A stretch of 64,000 bases of DNA from Malacoraja senta (lineage: Eukaryota). The stretch covers positions 12,216,001 to 12,280,000 of the forward strand of contig CM075990.1 of the NCBI GenBank assembly GCA_038087875.1, written 5' to 3'. Each line of letters opens with the position of its first letter. Position 1 is the stretch's first letter. A program made the translations under genes and the position numbers. The notes under the pieces were generated by a model. That model did no database searches. It had not been told where the DNA came from and worked only from the letters and a program-made list of their open reading frames with translations. Positions 39,611 to 51,953 of this stretch are shown here, in pieces.

Positions 39611-42600
39611 AGGTTCAATAATGTGATCTCAATGATAATATCATCAGTAACTTCTTCCATGGATTTGTGAATTTCCTGGAATTCCCATCCCATCCTCCAC
39701 TGACCCTTCCAGCTTTACGGATAAATGTCCTGTATTAACTGGTCCAATCTTCCAATTGCACTGTGGACTCTAGATTGAGTAGTCTGTCTTCTTACAACAC
39801 AGAAACAGACCCATCAGTCTGAAGAAGGGTCTCGACCCGAAACATCACCCATCCCTTCTCTCCAGAGATGCTGCCTGTCCCGCTGAGCTACTCCATAATT
39901 TTGTGTCTATCTTCGACAGAAACAGTCTCTTCAGCCCACCGTGTCAACCCCAGCCATGAAGCACGCGATTACACGAATCCTATTATCTCCCCTCATTCCC
40001 ATCAACACCCCGCCCTCCAACTCTTCCATTTGGTTACATTTAAGGGACAGTTTACAGCAACATATTAAGCTGGCAGCCTGCATGTCCTCGTGGGGTGGGT
40101 GGAAACCGGCGCACCCTCGGGAAATCTCTGTGGTCACAAGGAAAAGGTGAAGATTCCACGCAGGCACGTACCCGACCGAGGTCAGTATCGAACCCGGATC
40201 ACTGGAGCTTTCAGGCATGTGCTGTGCTGGCTGCACCACTGTGCTGCCCCCAAATTTGTTGGAACAGTAAAATCAACAAGCACAGTTAATCTCACCCGAA
40301 GGTGCGAGGAAGTCACTTCTCGCAAATGTCCTGTGACCCGTTTTATCTTTGCTGAATTAGTTTTGATTTGTTTTAGCTGCTTTTGTGGTCTTTTGAGGAT
40401 TACTTTGATGTGAGGTCTGAACTGTAATATGAAAAGTTGTATTCACTTCACTTTCTACATTGTCATAGTAGTAGAAGCTCAAAGGTTTATTTAGTTTCGA
40501 GATACAGCGTCGAAACAGGCCCTTCGGCCCACCGAATCCACACGTACACTAGTTCTATCCTAATTTACAGAAGCCAATTTACCTCCAAACCTTTGTTTAA
40601 GAAAGAACTGCAGATGCTAGTCAAATCGAAGGTAGACACAAAATGCTGGAGAAACTTACTTCCAAACCTGTACGTCTTTGAAATGTGGGCGGAAACTGGA
40701 GCATTCCAGAGGAAACCCACGCAGTCACAGGGAGAAGATACAAACTCCATACAGTCTGCACCCGTGGTCAGGATCGAACCCAGGTCTGTGGTGCTGTGAG
40801 GCAGCAGCCCCACTGTGTCTCGACCCAGTCCTGGTGATTGTAACCTTGTTTCGGTAAAGCTGGAAGGTTTGGGGAAAACCCTTGCCCTGCAAAAGTCGAG
40901 GACAGCCGCTGAACTCGCCTCCAGGGTCCTTGATCTTTGTTTTCGACATGCATGGGTTAAGAATGTTGCAAGCAGGAGCAGAAACAGCCGACCAAGCCCG
41001 CTCGGCTATTCAGTAAAGCCACAGCTAATTCTGTTTCTCATCACTTTCCTGACAATTCCCTTCATCGATTCAGGTCCCAGTCAGAATGAAGGTGCGGGTG
41101 TTCCTTGGTGCTCATGTTGAATGTGGTCTGGTCCAAGTTACATCAGTCGGCTCTGCCCATGTTCATTAACAGAGGTACAGATGACGGGATGGATGATGGT
41201 GCCGGAGAGGCAGGAAAGGGGTATTTGATGGGAAAGAAAGGAAGAACTGCCTTTATTATGGGATGAACGATTTGCATTGGCAGCAAATTCATTTCAAATA
41301 GGTTTTAAAAGCGCTCTCTTTCTCTTGCGCCAACCCCACCCCCTCTTCCCTCACCCCCAGATTCTCAGACCCCTTAACCCCCTCCCTCGCCCCCCCCCTT
41401 CTCCTGCCCCCACTCCCCCTCCTTGCCCCCCCACTGCCCGCACTTCCTGGCCCCATTGCCCCCACGGTCCAGCCACCCCTTGCCCCCTCGCCCCACACTC
41501 CCGACTCAGCACCCCACATCCACTTTCTACCTCCACTCGAGACACCCTCTCCGTTGTCCACAATCCCAGACTCTCCTACGCGCACGCGTGCTTCCGGGCG
41601 CTGACAGCCGGCTCGCTCCCTGCTGTTGCCGTTGTCGAGGCCGAGCTTGCTCTCGGTAGCCTATGCAGCCAGAGGCTGGAGGCCCAGGCACATCCCAGTC
41701 ACACTCAGCCAGTTTACCCATTAGTGGCACTCCAAGCTTGAAATTGGACACCGTTTCCTCACCCTCTCCACTTGATTCCGAAGAATTCTGATTACACGCT
41801 GTTAGTTTGTGCCATTATGTTGCATAATTCTGACATCAGTTTGGCTTCCTCACTCACCACCCTTCCCCTGCCCAATGTTTCTAACAAGATGGCGCTGGCG
41901 AGTGGTGGCATTGTGCAGGGTAGCAAGCCCGGAAACGCTTGTGCCCTCACCTTGTAAACATTTTAAAGCTGAAATCTGCAGCCTGTGCACCAGCAATTGG
42001 AAATTGACTTTTTAACCAGTATCCACAGTTCTTTGTTTCTAAAGGGCGGTAGAGTTGCTGCCTTACAGCACTTACAGTGCCAGAGACCCAGGTTTGATCC
42101 CGACCACGGGTGCTGTCTGTACGGACTGTGTTCTCCCCGTGACCTCGTGTGTTTTCGCCGAGATCTTCGGTTTCCTCCCACACTTCAGAGAGGTACAGGT
42201 TTGTAGGTTAATTGGCTTTCTTGGTATAAATGTAAATTGTCCCTAGTGTGTGTAGGATTGTGTTAACGTGCAGGGATCGCTGGTCAGTGCGGACTCGGTG
42301 GGCCGAAGGGCCTGTTTCTGCGCTGTATCTCTAGACTAAACTAAACTAAATCAAATGCATTAGCGATCGTACGTTCGATCGCCTGACAACAACTGGAGAC
42401 ACTAGGCTACAGGAGCTGGAACCTTGAGCAAAACAAACTGCTGGAGGAACGCATCAGGTCCGGCAGCATCTGTGGAGAAAATGGAGAATGGTCCCAACCT
42501 GAAATCAGCATCGCTCCGAAGAAGGGTCTTGACCCAAAACGTCACCCATTCCTTCTCTCCAGAGATGCTGCCTGTCCCACTGAGTTACTCCAGCGTTTTG

Positions 42601-43180
42601 TACCTGTCATGTGTCACAGATGCGGCCTGTCCCACTGTGTTCCTCCAACTCTTTGGTTTTCACACTGAGAGGTAACTTTTTCACACATAGGGTGGTGGGT
42701 GTGCCTGTCAGTGGAGGTAGTCGAGGCGGGGACTATTGCAATGTTTAAGAAACAAATTGACAAGTCATGGATAGGACAGGTTTGGAAAGGTATGGGCCAA
42801 ACACAGGCAGGTAGGACTAGTGTAGATGGGACATGTTGGTCGGTGTGGGCAAGTTAGGCCGAAGGGCCTGTTTCCATGCTGTATGACTCCATGACTCAAA
42901 AACGTAACTACCATGGACTTATTCTCCAACTTTTTTGTTTGCACTAATGTCTTACTTTGCACATTATTTTTCTTTGCACTGTCTTGTATAATTGATGTCT
43001 AACTTATGTTTCGAGTGTTGAGTCTAAGTATGCGTGATGCTGCTGGAGAAAGGGTTCCTCTGTACCTCACTGTATTTGTGCCTGTGACAATAAACTCAAC
43101 TCAACTGTTGCACAAGCCCAGTGATTTGGTCAGGGTGAGTTGACAGTGAGTTTGTGAGGTACAGTGAAAAGCTTTTGTTG

Positions 43181-43602
43181 CTAGAATTTAGGAGATTGAG
43201 AGGGGATCTTATAGAAACGTACAAAATTCTTAGGGGGTTGGACAGGCTAGATGCAGGAAGATTGTTCCCGATGTTGGGGAAGTCCAGGACAAGGGGTCAC
43301 AGCTTAAGGATAAGGGGGAAATCCTTTAAGACCGAGATGAGGAAAAACTTTTTCACACAGAGAGTGGTGAATCTCTGGAACTCTCTGCCACAGAGGGTAG
43401 TTGACGCCAGTTCATTGGCTATATTTAAGAGGGAGTTAGATGTGGCCCTTGTGGCTAAAGGGATCAGGGGGTATGGAGAGAAGGCAGGTACGGGATACTG
43501 AGTTGGATGATCAGCCATGATCATATTGAATGGCGGTGCAGGCTCGAAGGGCCGAATGGCCTACCCTGCACCTATTTTCTATGTATCTATCTATGTATCT
43601 AT
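43181..43602 (+). mobile_element. CR1/HER1 LINE 3' fragment
   Basis: LEFRRLRGDLIETYKILRG...EKAGTGY*, followed by the tail with tctatgt repeats. Confidence 0.87.
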
Positions 43603-43951
43603 GTTGCGTGCTAACCTGTCAGCGGAGAGACAGCACATTGTTACAATCAAGACATTCACAGTGTACAGGTATACAAAGGGAATAATGTTTAGTGTAAGAT
43701 AAAGCATGTAAAATCTGATCAAAGATAGTCCGAGAGTCTCCAATGAGGTAGATAGCAGTTCAGGACTGCTCTCTGGTTGCAGTAGGGTGGTTCACTTGCC
43801 TAATAATAGCTGGGAAGAAACTGTCCCTGAACTTGGAGGTGTGCGTTTTCACACTTCTATACCTTTTGCCTGATGGGAGAGGGGAGCGGAGGGAAGAGGG
43901 TGTTGACAATCCAAATCATCATAACCACTACTCTACACGATTTCTTCCCAG

Positions 43952-44101
43952 GTTCCCAACAACATGTTTGACGTCCAGCTCATTGGAAACAACTCTGACC
44001 ACTTCACTATTTCCCCGACGTCCGGCCAGGGCAAGATCGATATCCGGATGCGAGTGGCCGAGCCCTTGGATTACGAGCGCATTGCCCACTACCAGTTTTC
44101 A
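43952..44101 (+). CDS. CDH23: Cadherin-23 internal coding exon (EC4), 150 nt
   Basis: Acceptor tttcttcccAG, donor GTAAGT. Translates VPNNMFDVQLIGNNSDHFTISPTSGQGKIDIRMRVAEPLDYERIAHYQFS, with the LDYE motif. Phase 0/0. Confidence 0.95.
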
Positions 44102-45419
44102 GTAAGTTGCCTCGGTTACATCTTGCTTCACGAGCTGTACCTTTGGAAAAAATACATACAGGCGTATTAGACACAAAATGCTGGAGTCTCTGGAGAGAAG
44201 GAATGGGTGACGGTTGGTGTCGAGACCCTTCTTCAGACTGATGTTAGGGGGGTGGTGGGAGATATATAGATAAGGAAGTGTAAGGTGTGAAAATGGGGTC
44301 AAGGGAATGGAGATCAAGGAACATGTAGAATACATCATTGTTAGCTGGGAGTAGGTAACCTGAGATCTTGTCATTCATCCACATGCCAGCCATGGGTAAT
44401 GTATTAACAGAGACCCTCCCTCACTTCCAGTGAACCATTTTCAGTATACAGTATAGCTAATGATCGCGACCTGAAACTTCACTTGTCCACTACCTCCAGA
44501 GATGCTGAGTTACTGAACTTCAATTAATAATTCCACGGAAGACAGACACAAAAGTGCTGTAGTAACTCAGCGGGTCGGGCAGCATCTCTGGAGAAAAGGA
44601 ATAGGTAACGTTTCGCGTCGGGACCACGGCCTTTTTCAAAGAGGTTCAGGAGGTGGAGATTTTCCTGAATACTCTCTGACAAGCTGCGTAGTTTTGTTGT
44701 TCCAAAAATGGCTACTATATTCATCTTGTTAATAGTCACCGCTGGAGGCCAGCGTGAAGCAGGGTTGGAATTTTCCTCAATGGCCAATTTTCCTTTGAGT
44801 TGCTTAATTGTTCCTTCAGCTTTTTAATAGCTAGCGATTTTCAGGTTTATCAGCCCCAAGTATCTTTATGGCTCATAGCTGCTAAAACATGGAACAGCTT
44901 AATAGTTCTTATTTATAATGCAGACATATCTGAGGCAGGCCTTGTGTCTTAATGTTAGTTGAGCTGAGATCCGTCATTAACCAGTATTATACGAGGCCAT
45001 ATGTGCACAGCATGCTTGTTTGTGTGTGGTTGTAATTGCCTCGTCAACCAGTGTAATGAGGTGGATAAAGTTAGGTTCCTTTAAAAGTCCCTCAAAAGGA
45101 GTTGACTTGCAGGGTTGATAACGTAATAATCGCGATGATTGGACTATAATTCTTGCACAAATATTGGAACTGCAGAGTGAATGTTCTCGGAGATAAGGCT
45201 GTTTCCATTAAAAAAAAACACAGCGCAAAAAAGGAGCTATTTAGTCCAATTACTATGAATTAATTCCCCACACATGCCTCCTTCCATCCAGCAGTTCTTT
45301 CTCCTGATGTACTTGACCACCTTTCACTGAGCATCTTCGTTGATATGGAGAACCCAGGAGAGAGACGGCAGGCCCACATGAGGAGGAATCTCCTCTCTTT
45401 ATGAAAAATGAATGAATGG

Positions 45420-46072
45420 ATCAACTGGGCTTATTTATATTCACTGGAATTTAGAAGGATGAGAGGGCATATTACAAAAACATATAAAATTCATAAGCTA
45501 GACAAAAGTGCTGGAGAAACTCAGCGGGTGCGGCAGCATCTATGGAGCGAAGGAAATAGGCAACGTTTCGGGCCGAAACCGTTCTTCAGATCCTTCTTCG
45601 GACCTTCGGCCCGAAACGTTGCCTATTTCCTTCGCTCCATAGATGCTGCCGCACCCGCTGAGTTTCTCCAGCACTTTTGTCTACCTTCGATTTTCCATCA
45701 TCTGCAGTTCCTTCTTAAAAATTCATAAGGGATTGGGCAGGCTAGATGCAGGAAATTTTTTCCCAGTGTTGGGGGAGACCAGAACCAGGGGTGACACTTT
45801 AAGAATAAGGGGTAGGCCATTTAGGACTGAGATGAGGAGAAACTTTTTCACCCAGAGAGTTGTGAATCTGTGGAATTATCTGCCACAGAAAACAGTGGAG
45901 GCCAATTCCCTGGGTGTATTCAAGAGAGAGTTAGATATAGCTCTTGGGGTTGACGGAATCAAGGGATATGGGGAAAAAGCAGGAACAGGGCACTGATTCT
46001 GGATGATCTGCCATCAGCTGGCTCGAAGGGCCGAAATGCCTACTCCTGCACCTACTTTCTATGTTTCTATGA
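45420..46072 (+). mobile_element. CR1/HER1 LINE 3' fragment interrupted by a Penelope palindrome
   Basis: The CR1 peptide resumes after the insert; AAAATTCATAAG occurs on both sides. Other CR1 pieces lie at about 1850-1980, 26140-26865, 55985-56330, 57665-57865 and 59390-59615. Confidence 0.82.
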
Positions 46073-47005
46073 ATGAACGATAGTTGATTGTCACATGTGA
46101 CAGGTCATAGTAATATTCTTTGTTTTTAGAGTACCCAAGGTATGCAAAGAGTCACCACAGAAAGGGCGCTGATAAGGTTACAAGATTCTTTCTGTCCATC
46201 TTGTTGCCAAATGTCGGCCTCGCTGTCATCGTCCGTCCTGAAAAGGACGCAAGCTTCCGGCGACAATCAGTGGAAGCCATCACTTGTAATCGATGATGGT
46301 GGTAGCAGAATTAGCTCGGGATACATCCATTTTCCAGCCCCGCAACGATGATTTTTTGTGGATTATGAATCCTTTATGAAATTCTGAATCTTTGGAACTC
46401 GTAACCCCAGACAGCCTTCATTTGGTCTGTTTTCCTCTCCTGCTCCAGCAGATAGCGAGCTCCGTGTTGTCAGCAGCTGCGAGATACTTCACGGTCGAAT
46501 CCTCCAACAAAACGTCGCTCACTCATTCTGTTAGTCTGTTTCAGAACTCGTCATTTCCAGCTGTCATCGTTTGGGTTCAGCCTTTCTTATTTTATTTGTT
46601 TAGGCAGGCATGTCCCACAGCCTCACCATTCACAATTCAACTTACTGTGCACTGTGTAATTGTTCTAATTAACTCACCTAACTTGCCTTATCAGAGACAA
46701 TCACTTTTACTCATCCCTCCCCCATTTTCTCTGACAATGGAAGCTAAATTATTTTCCTATCTTTGCCAATTCAAACATCGAAACCTGCACCTGAGAGATT
46801 AACTATTTATCTTTCCACTACTGCCTAACCTGCTGTCTCTTGCATATCTCTATGGTCTTTGTAATAGGTAGCGCAGATTTAGTTTAGTTTAGAGATACAG
46901 TGCGGACACCGGTCCTTCGACCAGCGATCCCCACATATTAACACTATCTCACACACACTGGGGACAATTTTTACATTTTCCAAGCCAATTTACCTACATA
47001 CCTGT

Positions 47006-47493
47006 TTAAGCAGGAACTGCAGATGCTGGAAAATCGAAGGTAGACAAAAATGCTGGAGAAACTCAGCGGGTGAGGCAGCATCTATGGAGCAAAGGAAATA
47101 GGCAACGTTTCGGGTCGAGACCCTTCTTCAGACTGATGTGAGGGTGGGGGGTGCGGGAGGAAGAAAGGAAGAGGTGGAGCCAGTGGGCTGAGGGAGAGCT
47201 GAGAAGGGGAAGAGAAAGTAAAGACTACCTGAAATTAGAGGTCAATGTTCATACCGCTGGGGTGTAAACTGCCCAAGCGAAATATGAGGTGCTGCTCCTC
47301 CAATTTACGGTGGTCCTCACTCTGGCCATGGAGGAGGCCCAGGACAGAAAGGTCAGATTCGGAATGGGAGGGGAGTTGAAGTGCTGAGCCACCGGGAGAT
47401 CAGGTTGGTTATTGCGAACCAAGCGGAGGTGTTGTGTGAATCGATCGCCAAGCCTATGCTTGGTCTCACCGATGTGGAGCAGCTGACACCTAG
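47006..47493 (-). mobile_element. Penelope-like 3' fragment nested in a SINE
   Basis: Encodes CQLLHIGETKHRLGDRFTQHLR...VAQHFN. Flanked by an ~18-bp imperfect duplication of SINE sequence. Confidence 0.85.
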
Positions 47494-49825
47494 ATTTACC
47501 CACGTACCTGTACGTCTTTGGAGTGTGGGAGAAAACTAAAGATCTCGGGGAAAACCCACGCAGGTCACGGGGAGAACGTGCAAACTCCATACAGGCAACA
47601 CCCATAGTCGGGATCGAACCCGGGTTTCCAGCGCTATAACACCATGGTCGAGTGAATGAATAATCTGCACGCAGTATGATAGAAGTATAGTTCTCAATGG
47701 TTGCTCTGCCATCGAACTACCAGATGCTCACCACCAGACTCAGGAACAGCTTCCTCCCCTTTTCTATCAGGTTTCTGAACAGTATGGGTCTCGACCCGAA
47801 ACGTCACCTATTCCTTTGCTCCATAGAAGCTGCCTCACCCACTGAGTTTCTCCAGCTTTTTTGTCTACCATAACCCAGGGTACCTTTTGATTTGCCACTA
47901 CCCCAATGTGGACATTGGACTTTGTCTATGAAACAGGTGCGCTACAATGCTATCTGAACTATATTTCACACTTTGTCTCTTCTCCTGTGCTCTACCTATT
48001 GTACTTGAATTTGGCTTGGTTTTATTTTATGTGGTATTATCTGATTTGATTGGATAGCATGCAAAGCAAAGCTCTTCACTGTACCTTGATGTGACGATAA
48101 TGAATCTAAAAGCTAAAGTAATTCTGCCGCACAGTTTTCACTTTTGGCAGCTTTGTTACCTTTCTTTGGCACATTTACTGAATTCTGAATCGGGATTCTT
48201 GGATTCATTTGCTCCTCCATCTCATTTTCTAAATTTTCCAAGGGTTGCGTAACCTCCTCCAACCAAAATACACCTTTTCATCATTTAGTTTAGTTTCGAA
48301 ATACAGCGCGGAAACAGGATCTTCGGTTCACTGAGTCGGAGCCGACCAAGGATCCCCGCAAAGGTACACTATCCCACACACACTTGGGGACAATTTAGTA
48401 TTCTACCAGGCCAATTAACCTACAAATCTGCACTCTTTGGAGTGCATGAGAAAACCGGAGCAAACCCATGCAGGTCACGGAGAGAATGTACAAACTCCAT
48501 ACAGTCAACACCCGTAACCATCTTGCCAACGAGGGTTTTGTCACTGCAGAAGAATCTGTCCCTAGATAGACAAAAGTGCTGGAGAAACTCAGCGGGTGCA
48601 GCAGCATCTATGGAGCGAAGGAGATAGGCAACGTTTCGGGCCGAAACCCTTCTTCAGTTTTATAGATTATTTGGCTTTGGTAAAATTGTAAATTGTCCCT
48701 CGGATGTAGCATAGCGTTAGTGTATGGGGTGATTGCTGGTCAGCACAGACTTGGTGGGCCGAAGGGACTGTTTCCACGCTATCTCTTGAAACTTTAGAAA
48801 AACATTGGCTTTTGAAAATTGTCCCTTCTTCAGACTGATGAAGGGTGTGGGGAGGGGGGTGGGGGAGCGGGGAGAAGATTTTCCAGCATCTGCAGTTCCT
48901 TCTTAAACAGGTAATTTCCCTAGATTGGAATGGCCTGATGCCAAGCTCCCTTTCAGCATTCTCTAATATCCTTCAGTTTGTCGCTAGTGTTTGCTTTTTA
49001 CAGGCTCATGTATAAACATGCATGCCTTTGGGTCTCAATTAGGAATGGTGCTGTGTATTCACATCCCATTACCAAGGGAGTAATGGAAATCTGCTGTATG
49101 ATTGAGTAGTTTAGATTCATTTATTAAGATACGTAATTGGAACCAACTGTACATTCTGATACCAAATGCAGGCGCTTTGCTGACTGCCAGTGTTGCATGC
49201 TGTAGTTTTGGAAAAGAACACAAATGTGGCTGGGTTCAAAGGTTCTTTATTTGTGACATACACCAATTGTTGTAGTGAAATGCAGATTGCCATTGCAGCT
49301 CATCAAAAAGAATACAACATAACAATAATAAAGAAACTTAAACATAAAAACATCCCCCCACAATGGTTCCCATTATGAGGGAAGGCACAAAGTCCAGTCC
49401 CCATCCCCATGTCCACCCATAGTCGGGCCTATTGAGGCCTCCGCAGTCGCCTTTACGGAGGCCCAATGATCCAGGTCCTTCTCGCCGGATGTTGGTGCTC
49501 CGGTGTCGGGAGAATCCTCTCAGCGGCATGGGATACCTGGAACGGCCGCTTCCTTACCCTGAAAAGCAGTTCCCCCCCACCCCCCCACATAAAAAAGACT
49601 AAACCTCCAAAAACAAAACACTTTAACTCACTAAAAATAAGAAAAAGAGGTGAAAAAACGGACAGCTGCAGGCTGGGCAGCCATACCCATACAGGACGGC
49701 GCCCCCTGTTTCATAATTTGTCCAACTCATGTCTTTTACAGTGAAATAGTTTTAAATACAGCAGAGCCTTGGAGCATTGAGACAAATTTGTAATTGAGTG
49801 TTGTGAATGGACAGTGTTTGAAATG

Positions 49826-50298
49826 TGTAGATTGGTTATTTCCTCCTAGCCAGTTGTAGTGCTTGTTAGTACCACGCCCAGTTGGGTCCCGGTTCTCTCC
49901 CCGGTCACTTCTCCGGTGAAAGGAGGTGAGGCGGATTCGTACCGCACATGTGCCGGACGGGTGAGGAGGCCACCCATTAGATCCGGTGATTTTGTGTAAC
50001 TATATAAACTTCCCATATGCGTTATTAACGTTCCGCTTCCTATATCGCTCAGCCACCATGTTCCCACGTATCGATGCTTTCTTTTTGATTCCACAAGGAA
50101 AGATGTAGATTGGTTATTTCCTACTAGCCAATTGTAGTGCTTGTTAGAAGTTGCTCCGCCTAATATGCGATTACCGAGAGCTTGCCTACAAGAGTATGAG
50201 TAGCTTCTTGGAACTGTAATGTCCTGCAGACCGATGCTGTAAGTGGATTTAATAAACATGTGTTGTATCTTGATGTGTGTTTCACTCGACTCATTACA
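49826..50298 (+). mobile_element. Solo LTR (BEL/Pao- or Gypsy-like)
   Basis: TGTA...TACA termini; flanks AAATG/GAATG (5 bp, 1 mismatch); internal TATATAAA (~50001) and AATAAA (~50251). Confidence 0.65.
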
Positions 50299-50354
50299 GA
50301 ATGGGCTTCTCCAAATGCCAGAACCAGAGCATAAGTTGAAGAGTTGATGAGTTA

Positions 50355-50591
50355 AGGGCCTGTCCCACTTTCACGACCTAATTCACGACCTTTTTTACTC
50401 GTGGACATTTTTCATCAGGCTAGAAAAACGCCCCGAGCTACTTGATGCCACGAGTACCTACGACTAGCATCACGGCCTGCTACGACCTACCTACGACCTC
50501 CTACGGCCTCATGACGACCATGCTGCGAGTATGAGTCAAGGGCAAACTCGGCAGAGGTCGTGAATTAGGTCATGAAAGTGGGACAGGCCCT
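50355..50591. mobile_element. PIF/Harbinger-type MITE
   Basis: TIR AGGGCCTGTCCCACTTTCACGACCTAATTCACGACCT; TTA TSD. Confidence 0.88.
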
Positions 50592-51121
50592 TTAGCATCT
50601 CATATTTCGCTTGGGCAACTTACAACCCAGTGGTATGAATATTGATGAGTGTATGAAGGAACTGCAGATGCTGGTTTAAACCAAAGGTAGACACAAAATG
50701 CTGTGGAACTCAGCGGGACAGGCAGCATCTCTGGAGAGAGGGAATGGGTGACGTTTCAGGTCGAGACCCTTTTTCAGAACCGAAGGAACCCAAAGAAGAC
50801 CTGAAGAAGGGTCTCGACCCGAAACGTCGCCCATTCCTTCTCTCCAGAGAAGCTGCCTTTCCTGCTGAGTTACTCCAGCATTTTGTGTCTATCTTTGGTA
50901 TGAATATTGATTTCTCTAACTTCAAGTAACCCCTGCATTCCCTCTCTCTCCAACCCTCCCCCACCCAAGTCACACCAGCTTCTCACCTAGCAAAAGCCAA
51001 CAAAGGCCTGTTGCCCTTATCATCGTTCCTTTTTTGCATATCTTTCATTCATTTGTTCTATATCTCTCTACTTCCACGTCTATAAACTCTCATTTCCCTT
51101 TCCCCTGACTCTAGTCTAAAC

Positions 51122-51530
51122 CAAAGATCCTATAGCGAGCAAGATAGACCACTCGACGAAAAAGACGTAGTACGGTCATGGGCAGATTCATGGGTAATTT
51201 AAGGCCCCATTTCCGTAACCGGCTTCCATCTCCGCACCAAAGATCCCATAGCGGAGCAAAGATACTAGTGCGGAGACGGAAGGCGGTTACGGAAACATCC
51301 TCGTAAAAATAAAAGTTATTTGGTAAAAATCTTCTCATTTTCAGAATTTAAATTTATTAACACAAACTGTTCCCCCGCCATAACGTTGATTACACTGCGA
51401 GTCGGGTCGGGTCGGGTTGGGTTACGGAAATGGATGAAAAAAAGGCCCACGTTCTGTTCCGTTGCGTACTACACGTCAGCACATTGCATTTAGCAGGAGT
51501 GGTCTATCTTGCTCCACTATAGGATCTTTG
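51122..51530. mobile_element. MITE with ~32-bp TIR and 8-bp TSD (hAT- or P-like)
   Basis: TIR CAAAGATCCTATAG(C/TG)GAGCAAGATAGACCACT; flanks GTCTAAAC/GTCTAAAG. Interrupts a Penelope terminus. Confidence 0.8.
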
Positions 51531-51794
51531 GTCTAAAGGTCTCGACCTGAAACGTCACCCACTCCTTCTCTCCAGAGATGCTGCCTGTCCCGCTGAGTTA
51601 CTCCAGCTTTTTGCCTCTGTTGACAATTGAAGCCTCTTGACTCTTCTGTCTTGAGGCAGTGTTTGGGGGTGGTGGCGATGATAGTGGCTGTGTTCTGGGG
51701 TGCCGGGGTACCCCGGGTCCCTGAACCTTCACCAAAAGTGCAGTTTGAGTCCACTCGTTTCACACACCAATTTCTTCCTCCGTCCCACAAACAG

Positions 51795-51953
51795 CTCTTT
51801 GCGAACGAGACCTTCTCTGATCACGTTGGGTTTGCACGCGTGAAGATTGCCCTCGTCAATGAAAATGACAACCGACCAGTATTCAGCCAGCCGCTCTACA
51901 ACGTAAGCTTGTACGAGAACGCCACAGTCGGAATGATGGTTGTCGATGTCCTC
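51795..51953 (+). CDS. CDH23: Cadherin-23 internal coding exon (end of EC4/start of EC5), 159 nt
   Basis: Acceptor tttcttcctccgtcccacaaacAG, donor GTGAGT. Translates LFANETFSDHVGFARVKIALVNENDNRPVFSQPLYNVSLYENATVGMMVVDVL, with the NENDNRP linker typical of CDH23. Confidence 0.96.
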
